A DNA stretch of 64,000 nt. Source: Polyangiaceae bacterium (GTDB taxonomy: Bacteria; Myxococcota_A; Polyangia; Polyangiales; Polyangiaceae). Every line of letters begins with the position of its first letter. Position 1 is the stretch's first letter. Location: the NCBI GenBank assembly GCA_035063585.1, contig JAPSGB010000016.1, positions 1-64,000 of the forward strand, written 5' to 3'. Positions 16,891-28,785 of this stretch are shown here, piece by piece. Both the position numbers and the translations under genes were made by a program. A model generated the notes under the pieces. It was not told the origin of the DNA, ran no database searches, and worked only from the letters and a program-made list of their open reading frames with translations.

Positions 16891-17343
16891 TCACGGGAGA
16901 AGGGGTAGGCCGGCCTTCGTTCCGGCATCGAGCGCGAGGTGCGAGCCGTAACCGCCGAGGAGCCCGGCCAGCGCGCCGGCACCAAGCCGGCAAAGGAGTT
17001 CGAGAAGCTGCTGCCAGAGGCGCTGCAACGCGGTGGTCGCGGACGCGCGAAGCGCCGCGCGTCGATCTGCTTCGGCCCGGAGTCGGGCCTGCGCCCCGTC
17101 GAGTCCACGCACGGCCGCGCGTCCAACGGCCGCGACCGGCGCGATCCCATGAGCAAGGCTCCGGTGACCGGGGTGGGTCGGCGGATCGAACATGTCAGGC
17201 AAACGGGCCCCCAGGTTGCCGGCGACGAGCCCACCAAGGACCTCGAGCAGGAGATGCTCGGGGCGCTGATTCTGGGCTTTGGCGAGGGCGTAGCCCCCAC
17301 CGGCGAAGGTTCCGATTGCTCGATGGGTTCGTCCGTCTGACAT
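16891..17343 (-). CDS. Membrane-associated metal-dependent hydrolase (YdjM/DUF457-like)
   Basis: TH near the N-terminus, GARLPDMFDP, HRSLAH and GYGSHLALDAGTKAGLPLL. GGAGGAG RBS. Confidence 0.8.
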   Translation of the reverse strand: MSDGRTHRAIGTFAGGGYALAKAQNQRPEHLLLEVLGGLVAGNLGARLPDMFDPPTHPGHRSLAHGIAPVAAVGRAAVRGLDGAQARLRAEADRRAALRASATTALQRLWQQLLELLCRLGAGALAGLLGGYGSHLALDAGTKAGLPLLP

Positions 17344-17365
17344 GCGCTCCTCCGTTTGCCATCGT

Positions 17366-17394
17366 AAGTTAGCTATCGAAATACATGACGTCAA
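17366..17394 (-). promoter_or_regulatory. Sigma70-like promoter of the hydrolase-Xre/ImmA-PIN operon
   Basis: Minus strand reads TTGACG-N17-TAACTT in an AT-rich patch about 20 nt upstream of the ATG. Confidence 0.55.
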
Positions 17395-17417
17395 TCCGCG
17401 GATCGAATGTTAGCTTC

Positions 17418-17783
17418 CTACGCAAGCGCCTGACTCAGCCGGGATCGGTCCTCCGGCCTGGAGACGATCACGCGGAAGCGCGGGTTCGCGATCACGGCGA
17501 GCGCGGGGTTCGACGGGTAGCGCGGGCTCCGGTTTCTTGGCCGGCGTGACGGGCGTCGCGTAGCTCGACGCGCCCTCGAAAGGGGGACGGCCCGGAGTTC
17601 GCGCTCCGAGCCGTCCGGCAGGACGGAATAGGCCGTCTGCTGCGGCGCGATGCATCGCATGAGCGAGGTCGGGCAGTCCACTTCGCGGGGGTTGCTGGAC
17701 CACGCGCAGACGAGGTACCTCGGTGCGCGATCTGCCGCTGCCCGGAGCATCGACTCCAAGAAAGCGTCGGAGCGCGCGCCCAT
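17418..17783 (-). CDS. Hypothetical protein, possibly degraded
   Basis: ORF only. The middle section is Arg-rich, which suggests a frameshift. Confidence 0.25.
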   Translation of the reverse strand: MGARSDAFLESMLRAAADRAPRYLVCAWSSNPREVDCPTSLMRCIAPQQTAYSVLPDGSERELRAVPLSRARRATRRPSRRPRNRSPRYPSNPALAVIANPRFRVIVSRPEDRSRLSQALA

Positions 17784-17849
17784 GGCGTGGGCCGCCGCTG
17801 CCTCCAGTTCCGTGGGCGTCGCGAGGAAGCCCGCCTGCGAGGCGGGGTC

Positions 17850-17901
17850 GGGGAGGTCGGCCCGGCGCGGAACCGCGCGGTTCGCGCCGCGTGTTCGCTA
17901 G
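17850..17901. repeat. Hairpin repeat copy 2 (REP/MITE-like)
   Basis: Identical to 13744-13795. Its terminal CTAG contains the stop codon of the 17898-18605 gene. Confidence 0.8.
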
Positions 17902-18605
17902 AAGGTCCCGATGAGCGCGGCGCCGCCGAGGAGCGGCGTCACCGTCCAGCTCGCGGCGGGCGCCGGGGCCGTGAGCACCCCCGCCCGATAGCGTCGCCAG
18001 GACTGGCCCGCGCCGGTCGGGCGAGTGATGATCTGCAGCTCTGCGATGGCGGTGCCTGCGAGCAGGTTGAGCCAGCCGCCCGCGTACCGCTGGTAGCCGA
18101 ACCAGAGCGTGGCGCTGCCGGCGTAATTCACGAGCGCCGCCTCCACGTGCGGCGCCCACGAGCGGGCGTCCTCCTCGTCGCCCGCGCTCTGCTCGAGCAG
18201 CTCTTCGGCGCGCCGTAGCCGAGCCGCGCGCGCGGCCGGTGTGGAGCCGTCCATCGCGCGGAGCTCGTCGGGCGCGCCGGTGACCGTGTGCGGCGTGATG
18301 AGCATCCCGATGACGCCGAGCGCCGACTCCGCGGCGCCTACCGTCGCGTCGATGCGAGTGCCGTGCTCCGGGAAGAAGAGCGCCGCTGCGCCCTGTCCGG
18401 CGGTGAGCCCCGCGTAGCCGAGCATCCACCCGGTCCACCAGAGCTTCACCTTGGGCCGCTCACGCTCGAGCGAGGTGAGCAGGAACTCGTAGCGCGCGCC
18501 CTCGGTCACCTCGGCCCCGCGCGCCTGAGCGAAGGTCGCGCGGGTGAGCGTCGCCGTGGCGACCGCTGCGAGGGCGGCGAGCTCTCGTGCTCGAGCGACC
18601 GACAT
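17898..18605 (-). CDS. Hypothetical exported/membrane protein
   Basis: Signal-like N-terminus and hydrophobic segments. The C-terminal WTVTPLLGGAALIGTF is of a type common in myxobacterial proteins. Confidence 0.65.
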   Translation of the reverse strand: MSVARARELAALAAVATATLTRATFAQARGAEVTEGARYEFLLTSLERERPKVKLWWTGWMLGYAGLTAGQGAAALFFPEHGTRIDATVGAAESALGVIGMLITPHTVTGAPDELRAMDGSTPAARAARLRRAEELLEQSAGDEEDARSWAPHVEAALVNYAGSATLWFGYQRYAGGWLNLLAGTAIAELQIITRPTGAGQSWRRYRAGVLTAPAPAASWTVTPLLGGAALIGTF

Positions 18606-18639
18606 GCGGCGAGGATACCGGAAGCCGCGCTCGCCCGCG

Positions 18640-21215
<2,576 letters not shown>

Positions 21216-21394
21216 CGCGAGCGCGCTCGCTCCGCAGGCCTCGGGCTTCGCGCGGCCGAGGAACCTCCGTTGGCCGGTGAGCGCGATACCATCACGACGA
21301 GCCTGCCCGGGCCTCTCCCGGCGAGCGGCGCGAGCCTTGCCCTGCGAGGACCCCCGACTTAGCTTCGCGGTCCCTCTCCCCGAAAGGATGCCGC

Positions 21395-22090
21395 GTGATC
21401 GATCTCTACTACTGGCCTACCCCGAACGGGCACAAGATCACCTTGTTTCTCGAGGAGGCGGGCGCCGACTACACCCTTTACCCGGTGAACATCGGCGCGG
21501 GGGCTCAGTTCGCGCCCGAGTTTCTCGCCATCTCGCCCAACAACAAGATCCCGGCCATCGTCGATCGCGCTCCCTCCGGCGGCGGCGAGCCCCTCAGCGT
21601 GTTCGAGTCGGGCGCGATTCTCACCTATCTCGGGGAGAAGCTCGGGCGCTTCTATCCGAGTGAGCTCCGCGCGCGCACCGTAGTGAGCGAGTGGCTCTTC
21701 TGGCAGGTGGGCGGGCTCGGCCCGATGGCGGGGCAGTACGGGCACTTCAACGTGTACGCGCCCGAGCAGCTCCCGTACGCCATCGAGCGCTACACGAAAG
21801 AGACGCTCCGCCTGCTCGGCGTGCTCGACCGGCGCCTCGAGGGCCGCGCGTTCATCGCCGGGGACGACTACACCATCGCGGACATGGCCGCGTACCCGTG
21901 GGTGAACCCGTACAAGAAGCACCCGCTCGACCTCGCGCCCTTCGCCAACGTCTGCCGCTGGCGCGACGCGATCGCCGCGCGCCCCGCCACCGCGCGCGCC
22001 TACGCGCGCGCCGCCGAGGCGAACCCGGACGCCGACCGACCGATGACCGACGAGGCCAAGCGCGTGCTCTTCGGTCAAGGTCCGCGCTGA
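21395..22090 (+). CDS. Glutathione S-transferase, YfcG/Nu-class-like
   Basis: MIDLYYWPTPNGHKI, ISPNNKIPAIVD, FESGAIL and WLFWQVGGLGPMAGQ. Confidence 0.93.
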   Translation: MIDLYYWPTPNGHKITLFLEEAGADYTLYPVNIGAGAQFAPEFLAISPNNKIPAIVDRAPSGGGEPLSVFESGAILTYLGEKLGRFYPSELRARTVVSEWLFWQVGGLGPMAGQYGHFNVYAPEQLPYAIERYTKETLRLLGVLDRRLEGRAFIAGDDYTIADMAAYPWVNPYKKHPLDLAPFANVCRWRDAIAARPATARAYARAAEANPDADRPMTDEAKRVLFGQGPR

Positions 22091-22266
22091 GGCGGGCGCC
22101 CGCCGAGCGCGCCCGCGCTTCCGCGCGCCGGGGTAACTTGACGATCCGTCAACTATTGCCGGTCCGGCGCGGAACCGCGCGGACCGGGCGCGCGTGTCGC
22201 TTGATGAGCGCGCGGGCCCGGCGCTATGGATGGCGCTCCTCGATTTCTCTACGGAGCGCCGCGCAC

Positions 22267-23292
22267 ATGAAGGCTGTTCGCTACCACGGACCGAAGACCC
22301 CCTTCCGACTCGAAGAGGTGCCGCTGCCCGAGCCCGGCCCGGGCGAGGTGCGGGTGCGCGTCGCGGCCGCCGGCGTGTGCCACACCGAGCTCCATTTCGA
22401 GGCGGGCCTCCTCGACCTCGGCGTCGCGCCGCTCACGATGGGGCACGAGATCGCCGGCACCGTCGACGCGCTCGGCAGCGGCGTCACCGACCGGGCGCCG
22501 GGCGATCGCGTGCTCCTCTACTACTACGCGGGCTGCGGCGCGTGCGAGTGGTGCGCGCGCGGCGAGGAGAACCTCTGCCCGGCGCCGCGCGCGGAGCTCG
22601 GCTTCATCACCGACGGCGGCTACGCCGAGTACGTCGTCGCGCCGGCGCGGAACGCGGTCCGGCTGCCAGACTCGCTCTCGTTCACCGACGCCGCTCCCAT
22701 CGGCTGCGGCGTCACGACCGCGCTCCACGCCTGCGCGCTCGCGCGCATCCTGCCCGGCGAGACGGTGGTCGTGTACGGCGCGGGCGGGGTCGGCTTCGGG
22801 CTGGTGCAGGTGGCGCGGCTGCGGGGCGCGCGCGTCATCGTGGTCGGGCGCTCGGCGAAGAAGCTCGAGCTCGCGAGCTCGCTCGGCGCCGAGGCGGTGG
22901 TGAACGCGAGCGAGGTGAAGGACGTCGCCGCGCGCGTCCGCGAGCTCACCGGCGGCCGCGGCGCGGACGTCATCTTCGAGCTGGTCGCCACCGAGCCGAC
23001 CATGGCCGCGTCGCTCGGCGCGCTCGCGCGCCGCGGGCGGCTGGTGTTTGTCGGCTACTCGGAGGCCGCGCTCACCGTGCACCCGATCCAGCTCGTGATC
23101 TTGGAGGCGGAGGTGCTCGGCTCGGTCGGCAACACGCTCGCCGAGCTCGAGGAGGCCGTGCGGCTGGTCGCCGAGGGCAAGGTGCGCACGGTGGTCGATC
23201 GCACGCTGCCGCTCGAGTCGTTCGCCGACGCGCTCGACGCGCTCCGGCGCGGCGAGGTCGCGGGCCGCGTCGTGCTCACGCCGGGAGGCTGA
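22267..23292 (+). CDS. Zn-dependent alcohol dehydrogenase (MDR family)
   Basis: GVCHTE, GHEIAG, structural Zn site CGACEWCARGEENLC and VYGAGGVG. Confidence 0.93.
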   Translation: MKAVRYHGPKTPFRLEEVPLPEPGPGEVRVRVAAAGVCHTELHFEAGLLDLGVAPLTMGHEIAGTVDALGSGVTDRAPGDRVLLYYYAGCGACEWCARGEENLCPAPRAELGFITDGGYAEYVVAPARNAVRLPDSLSFTDAAPIGCGVTTALHACALARILPGETVVVYGAGGVGFGLVQVARLRGARVIVVGRSAKKLELASSLGAEAVVNASEVKDVAARVRELTGGRGADVIFELVATEPTMAASLGALARRGRLVFVGYSEAALTVHPIQLVILEAEVLGSVGNTLAELEEAVRLVAEGKVRTVVDRTLPLESFADALDALRRGEVAGRVVLTPGG

Positions 23293-23352
23293 GCCCGGGC
23301 CGCTGCGCGCGAGCGCCGCGCGCCGCCGGCCGCGCCGGGCCGACGAAATAAC

Positions 23353-24396
23353 CTAGAGCTCGAGCGCGGCGGCGAGCTCGACGAGGCCCGGCTCGAGCAC
23401 CTCGACGGGAGCCGTCCACGACAGGCGAAACGCGGTCGGCTCGCGGAAGAACTCGCCGGGCGAGACGATCACGCCGCGCTCGGCCGCGGCGCGCTCGAGG
23501 AGCGGGAGCAGGCGGCGGCCGCGGCGATCGCGGACGAAGCCGAACAGGCTCTCGGGCGGCGGAGGCTCCCAAGTGAGGCTATTTGCGTGCATACGCGTGA
23601 ATGCATCAATCAGGGATCGCTTGCCTTTTTGTAGCTCGTCGGCGCGGCGGGCGAGCGCGTCGGCGGCGTCGAGGACGGCCGCGCCGAGCGCCCAGCTCGC
23701 GGCCGGGGCGTGGCCCGCGAGGTGGAGCTCGACGGTGCGCGCCGCGCTCACGCGCTCCTCGGGCAGGAGCAGCCAGCCGGCGCGCGCGAAGTTCACGCCC
23801 CAGCACTTGGTGGTGCTCGAGCAGGTGATGACGTTCGGCGCGAGCGAGCGCGCGGTCCGGCCGGGCGCCATGAGCTCGAGGTAGGCCTCGTCGACGAAGA
23901 GCCACGCGCCTCGCGCGGCGAGCCGCGCGGCGAGCTCGGCGAGCGCGGGCTCCGGCGTGAGCCCGCCGCCCGGGTTGTGCGGGTTGGTGACGACCACCAT
24001 CCGCGCGCCCTCGGGGAGCGCGGCCATCACGCGCTCGGGCTCGAGCGCGGCGCCGCGCTCGAAGAACGAGACGCGCAGCCCGAGCGCCTCGGGGACCCGC
24101 CAGAGCGGCTCGTAGCCGGGGCTCTCCGAGAGCACGGCGTCGCCGCGGTCGAGGAGCGCGGCGAAGGCGACGAAGAGCGCGCCGCTGCCCCCGAGGCACG
24201 GGTAGACCTCCGCCTCCGGCACTCGATAGCGCGCGGCGAGGCGCGCGCGAAACCGGTCTCGCGCGGCCGGGTCGTCGGTCGGCACGGGCGCGAGCGCGCT
24301 CGCGCCGACCCGCGCGACGCCGCTCGAGGCGAGATCATAGCGGACCTTGCCGAACCAACGCTCGGCGTACCCGAGGTACTCGATGGGCGGGAACAC
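23353..24396 (-). CDS. PLP-dependent aminotransferase class I/II
   Basis: TNPHNPGG, FVDEAY and SSTTKCWG...RAGW. Confidence 0.88.
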   Translation of the reverse strand: MFPPIEYLGYAERWFGKVRYDLASSGVARVGASALAPVPTDDPAARDRFRARLAARYRVPEAEVYPCLGGSGALFVAFAALLDRGDAVLSESPGYEPLWRVPEALGLRVSFFERGAALEPERVMAALPEGARMVVVTNPHNPGGGLTPEPALAELAARLAARGAWLFVDEAYLELMAPGRTARSLAPNVITCSSTTKCWGVNFARAGWLLLPEERVSAARTVELHLAGHAPAASWALGAAVLDAADALARRADELQKGKRSLIDAFTRMHANSLTWEPPPPESLFGFVRDRRGRRLLPLLERAAAERGVIVSPGEFFREPTAFRLSWTAPVEVLEPGLVELAAALEL

Positions 24397-24466
24397 GCGC
24401 GGCAGCCTACTTCAGCCTTCTCGTCGCGTCGCGGCGCTTTGCGCTATGTTCCGCGCCGCCCCGACG

Positions 24467-25438
24467 ATGAGCGAACGACCCGACCCCGAACCCGCGGACG
24501 AGGCCCCCGAGGTCGTCTCCGCGCCGCCGCCGGAGCCGAAGGGCGAGGGCTCGCTCTCATGGCGGCTCCTCGGGGTGGTAAAGACCATCCGCCCGCACCA
24601 GTGGGTGAAGAACGTCTTCGTGCTCGCGCCCGTGGTGTTCGCGAAGGAGATCTTCAGCCCGCTGCTCCTGTTCCGCGCGGTGGGCGCGTTCAGCGTATTT
24701 TGTCTGCTCGCCGGCGCCGTCTACACCATCAATGACCTCGCCGACGTCGAGGCCGACCGCGCGCATCCGGTCAAGCGCCACCGGCCGATCGCCTCGGGCC
24801 GGGTGCCGGTGCCGGTCGCGCGCGTGCTCGCCGTGCTGCTCATCCTGCTCGCGCTCGGCGGCGCGGCCTACGGCCCCTTGCCGTTCCTCGTCGTGGCGGC
24901 GACCTACTTCGGGCTGAACCTCGCCTACTCGTTCAAGCTGAAGCACGTCGCGTACGTCGACGTCTCGATCATCGCGGCGGGGTTCGTCCTCCGCGTGATG
25001 GCGGGCGGCTACGCCACGCGGATCGACGTCTCGAGTTATCTCCTCCTCTGCACCGCGCTCCTCGCGCTCTTCCTCGGGTTCGGCAAGCGCCGCCACGAGG
25101 TCGCCATGGCGCGCGCAGGCAAGCAGCGCGCCGCGCTCGAGTCGTACACGCGGCGCGGCCTCGACGTGAGCCTCGGGATCACGGCGCTCCTCACCGTGAT
25201 CACCTACGTCGCGTACACGCTCGATCCGCACACGCGCGCCTTCTTCCACACGGATTATCTGTGGGTGAGCGTGGTGTTCGTGATCGCGGCGCTCGCGCGC
25301 TTCCTGCACCTGGTGCGAAATCGGCCCAACGCCGAGAGCCCGACCCAGGAGATCCTGCGCGACGGCCCGTTCGTCGCGATCCTGCTCGGCTGGGCGGTGC
25401 TCGTGTTCTGGGTCGTCTATAATTTGAGACCGAGCTGA
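24467..25438 (+). CDS. UbiA-family prenyltransferase (decaprenyl-phosphate phosphoribosyltransferase-like)
   Basis: RPHQWVKN, YTINDLADVEADRAHPVKRHRPIASG and FGKRRHE. Confidence 0.9.
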   Translation: MSERPDPEPADEAPEVVSAPPPEPKGEGSLSWRLLGVVKTIRPHQWVKNVFVLAPVVFAKEIFSPLLLFRAVGAFSVFCLLAGAVYTINDLADVEADRAHPVKRHRPIASGRVPVPVARVLAVLLILLALGGAAYGPLPFLVVAATYFGLNLAYSFKLKHVAYVDVSIIAAGFVLRVMAGGYATRIDVSSYLLLCTALLALFLGFGKRRHEVAMARAGKQRAALESYTRRGLDVSLGITALLTVITYVAYTLDPHTRAFFHTDYLWVSVVFVIAALARFLHLVRNRPNAESPTQEILRDGPFVAILLGWAVLVFWVVYNLRPS

Positions 25439-26160
25439 TGGCGGAGGCGGTAACGCAGGGCGAGCGGGTCGCCACGCCGAAGCGCGCGAGCGACCCCTGG
25501 GCGGATCTCACGCTCACCCTGCCCTTCTTCGTCATCTACCACCTCGGCGTCATCTTCCTGCCGGTGCGGAACGCCGCCGACCTCGTGACCCAGGAGCTGG
25601 CCGCGCTCGCGAACCACAGCCTCCTCGCCTACGGCGGCCTCACCCTCGCGGTCGGCGCGGTGTACGTCGGGATCCTGCTCGCGCTCGGCCGCGGCCACGC
25701 GCTGCACTGGAATCGGTTCTTGTTCATCGCGCTCGAGGGCGTGCTCTACGCCTTCGCGATGCGGCTCGTCGCCTCCTACGTGGTCGGACGCCTGCGGCTC
25801 CTCACCGGCGACGCCGACGGCCCGTTCACGGGCGCCATCATGTCGCTCGGCGCGGGCTTCTACGAGGAGATCGCCTTCCGCGTGATCCTCTTCGGGCTCG
25901 GCGCGAAGCTGCTCGGCCTGCTCTTCGCGTCGGCGCCCTCTTACAAGACGAAGCTCATCACCATCGCCTGGGGCCTGGCGAGCGCCGCCATCTTCAGCGG
26001 CTGGCACTACGTCGGTCCGCTCGGCGACCCGTTCGAGCTCCGCTCGTTCGTGTTCCGCTGGGTGTGCGGGCTCGCCTTCGTCGTCATCTACTCGTTCCGC
26101 GGGTTCGCCCCCGCGGTGTGGACGCACGCGCTCTACGACGTCTGGGTGCTCGTGCTCTGA
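25438..26160 (+). CDS. CPBP (Abi/CAAX) intramembrane glutamic endopeptidase
   Basis: GAGFYEEIAFR, FSGWHY and AVWTHALYD. Confidence 0.85.
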   Translation: MAEAVTQGERVATPKRASDPWADLTLTLPFFVIYHLGVIFLPVRNAADLVTQELAALANHSLLAYGGLTLAVGAVYVGILLALGRGHALHWNRFLFIALEGVLYAFAMRLVASYVVGRLRLLTGDADGPFTGAIMSLGAGFYEEIAFRVILFGLGAKLLGLLFASAPSYKTKLITIAWGLASAAIFSGWHYVGPLGDPFELRSFVFRWVCGLAFVVIYSFRGFAPAVWTHALYDVWVLVL

Positions 26161-26236
26161 GCCTCGCTGGCTGGGGTGTCGGTCCGGCGCGGCCGGCGGC
26201 GCGCCGGCCGGCTACGGCGCCGCACGGCCGGGCGGC

Positions 26237-26974
26237 TCACTCCCGCCTCGCCAGCACGAAGCGCTCGACGTTCCCCTTCGGGCCGGGGAGCGTCGAGTCG
26301 CGCTCCGCTTCCACGCGGAAACCCGCGGCGAGGATGGCGGCGCGCGCCTTGGCGATGGCTGCCTCGCGCACCGCCGGGTCGCGGATGACCCCCTTGCCGC
26401 GCCGCACCTCGGCGCGCCCCGCCTCGAACTGCGGCTTGATCATCGCCAGCAGGAGCTTTCCGGGCGGGACGAGCTCGCGGAGCGCCGGCAAGAGCTTGTC
26501 GATACCGATGAAGGACGCGTCGACCACCGCGAGATCGAGCGGCTCGCCGAGAGCGTCGGGGGCGAGGTGTCGCGCGTTCACGCCTTCCATCACGACCACG
26601 CGCGGATCGCTCCGGAGCGCCGCCGCGAGGAGCCCGCTGCCGACGTCGACCGCGTAGACGCGCTTCGCGCCGCGCTGGAGCAGGCAATCGGTGAAGCCCC
26701 CGGTGGACGCGCCGACGTCCACCGCGACCAGCCCGGTGACGTCGAGGGCGAGCTCGGTGAGCGCGCCCTCGAGCTTCACGCCGCCGCGCGACACGAAGCG
26801 CTCGGCGCCCGCGAGGGTGAGCTCGGCGTCGAGCGCGAGCGGCGCGCCAGCCTTGTCGATCCGCACCCCGCGACTGAACACCCGTCCGGCCATGAGCAGC
26901 GCCTGCGCTTGGCTGCGCGTCGGCGCGAGCCCGCGCCGCACGAGCAGGAGATCGGCGCGCTCCTTCGGGCTCAT
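26237..26974 (-). CDS. tlyA: TlyA family rRNA methyltransferase
   Basis: S4 domain, FVSRGGVKL, DVGASTGGFTDCLLQRGA, IKPQFEAG and GPKGNVE. Confidence 0.95.
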   Translation of the reverse strand: MSPKERADLLLVRRGLAPTRSQAQALLMAGRVFSRGVRIDKAGAPLALDAELTLAGAERFVSRGGVKLEGALTELALDVTGLVAVDVGASTGGFTDCLLQRGAKRVYAVDVGSGLLAAALRSDPRVVVMEGVNARHLAPDALGEPLDLAVVDASFIGIDKLLPALRELVPPGKLLLAMIKPQFEAGRAEVRRGKGVIRDPAVREAAIAKARAAILAAGFRVEAERDSTLPGPKGNVERFVLARRE

Positions 26975-27110
26975 CGGCGAGACTCTAAGGTGCGCCCCGA
27001 GCCGGCGCGAGCCCCGGAGCCGGCCGGCACCGGCGCGGTCACGCTGGAAAACTTCACTCAGAGCGTGTATCGATTGGGTCGCGGGCTCGTCAAACCAGCA
27101 CGAAATGGCT

Positions 27111-27131
27111 GAATAACGCACTGCGTTATTC
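27111..27131. promoter_or_regulatory. Perfect inverted repeat, putative operator
   Basis: GAATAACGCA-C-TGCGTTATTC lies between divergent tlyA and the beta-barrel gene, just before TTGACT. Confidence 0.6.
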
Positions 27132-27240
27132 AAAAGGTTGACTACGGCGGAGGCGTTTGCGAGCCTGCGCGCGTGGTCCGAGCGGGCGGGCCCATCGGCT
27201 CGACGCTCGCTCTCGTAAGGGTCTGCCACTGGAGGATTCG

Positions 27241-28041
27241 ATGACTAATGTTCGAAAGCTTGGCGCAGCCGCCACCGCGGCGATGATCACGGTTCTGTCG
27301 GCGAGCGCGGCGCTCGCTCAGGAAGGCGGCGCGGAGGCCTCGACGTCGGGGGAGGTCGGGATGGCCTTGCCGGCCGCAGGTGCGCCGGCGGCGGCGGCTC
27401 CGGGCAACTCGGACCATGACCAGATGGTTGGGCGCTTCGCGATCGGCTACCTCGGCCGCGCCGGCGTGCCCATCGCGAATGGCGCCAACGGCGCCGGCGG
27501 GCAGGGCGTCGTCAGCGCCCCGGTGGTCGGCATCCGCTACTGGCTCGACCAGGGCATGGGCATCGACGCCGGCCTCGGGCTCAGCCTCGGCGGCGGGAGC
27601 ACCGAGGGTTCGACGGGTGGCACCTCCGTCAGCGTCGACGCCACGGTGCCGACGGCCTTCCTGATCCACGGCGGTCTGCCCTTCGCGCTCGCCTCGAACG
27701 GGCACTTCACCTTCCTCGTCGTGCCGGAGCTCAACGTCGGCTTCGCGACCGCGACGGACAAGGCCCAGGGCGCCGGCACCTACGACAACGACTACAGCGG
27801 CTTCCTGCTCGACATCGGCGCGCGCGCCGGCGCCGAGATCCACTTCGGGTTCATCGGCGTGCCCCAGCTCTCGCTCCAGGGCAGCGTCGGGCTCCTCTTC
27901 GGCATGGCGAACACCAAGTCGACGTACAAGGCGCCCACCGAGGTCTCGACGAAGGAGAGCCGCTGGGGCCTGCAGACGGCCCTCTACGATAGCCCCTGGA
28001 ACATCTTCGCGAGCAACGTCGCGGCGCTCTACTACTTCTGA
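27241..28041 (+). CDS. Outer membrane beta-barrel protein
   Basis: Signal peptide ending ALA-Q, alternating beta-strand pattern and C-terminal ALYYF. GGAGG RBS. Confidence 0.75.
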   Translation: MTNVRKLGAAATAAMITVLSASAALAQEGGAEASTSGEVGMALPAAGAPAAAAPGNSDHDQMVGRFAIGYLGRAGVPIANGANGAGGQGVVSAPVVGIRYWLDQGMGIDAGLGLSLGGGSTEGSTGGTSVSVDATVPTAFLIHGGLPFALASNGHFTFLVVPELNVGFATATDKAQGAGTYDNDYSGFLLDIGARAGAEIHFGFIGVPQLSLQGSVGLLFGMANTKSTYKAPTEVSTKESRWGLQTALYDSPWNIFASNVAALYYF

Positions 28042-28060
28042 GCCCCTCGTGACCCGCGCC

Positions 28061-28088
28061 GCCCGCCGCGCCTCGAGGCGCGGCGGGC
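28061..28088 (+). terminator. GC-rich hairpin downstream of the beta-barrel gene
   Basis: GCCCGCCGCGCC-TCGA-GGCGCGGCGGGC is a perfect palindrome 20 nt after the stop. No U-tract. Confidence 0.45.
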
Positions 28089-28157
28089 CGGCTCGCGAGT
28101 CCTCTGCTAGACTATCCGCGACTCCGGGGAGTCGTCGTTCTTGATTGGGAGCGTGTC

Positions 28158-28748
28158 ATGACCATGAACCGTCTCGTTCCGTTGCTCGGTCTCCTGGTGG
28201 TCGCCTGCGGCGGTGGCACCGGTGGCCCGTCCTTGGGTGGGCTCTTCTCTTCGACTGGTACGCCGGCGAGCCAAAGTGACACGCCGGCGAGCGGCAGCGA
28301 CACGCCCGGGAGTCAGACCGACACGCCGACTGGTGGCGGCACGTCGGGCGCCACCGGCGCCGTCTGCACTCAAGCGTGCGCGCTCGCCGCGAAGTATCCG
28401 TGTTTCGCGAAGGACCTCCCGGCTCAGGGTTGCGTCGAAGTGTGCCAAGAGCAGCTCGCCTCGGAGCCTGAGGCCGCGCTTTGCGCCGGCCCTATGATGG
28501 CATGGTTGAGCTGCGCGGAGCGCGCCGGCCTCCTCTCCTGCGACGAGGACGGCGACCTCGAGCCGGCACCGGGCGTCCAAGCGGCGTGCGCCAAGGAACT
28601 CAAGGCGGTCCCGAAGGAGTGCCAGAGCAGCTCGACCGACTCCTGCGAGCCGGGGAACTGCGGCGGCTGCGCGAACGCGTGCGACGCGTGCATGTGCGCT
28701 ACGAACAACAGCCAGCAGGCGTGCGCGTCGGCGTGCGCGGACGGCTGA
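28158..28748 (+). CDS. Cys-rich lipoprotein
   Basis: Lipobox LVVAC, Ser/Thr/Gly linker and multiple CxxxC motifs. Confidence 0.7.
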   Translation: MTMNRLVPLLGLLVVACGGGTGGPSLGGLFSSTGTPASQSDTPASGSDTPGSQTDTPTGGGTSGATGAVCTQACALAAKYPCFAKDLPAQGCVEVCQEQLASEPEAALCAGPMMAWLSCAERAGLLSCDEDGDLEPAPGVQAACAKELKAVPKECQSSSTDSCEPGNCGGCANACDACMCATNNSQQACASACADG

Positions 28749-28785
28749 TCTCTGCGAGCGAGCGGCGCGGCGCGCGAGCGCCGCG

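Noticed and set aside
13742..17901. Integron cassette array with attC sites
   Set aside because: The hairpins lack clear RYYYAAC/GTTRRRY boxes, do not follow each gene, and no integron integrase is present.
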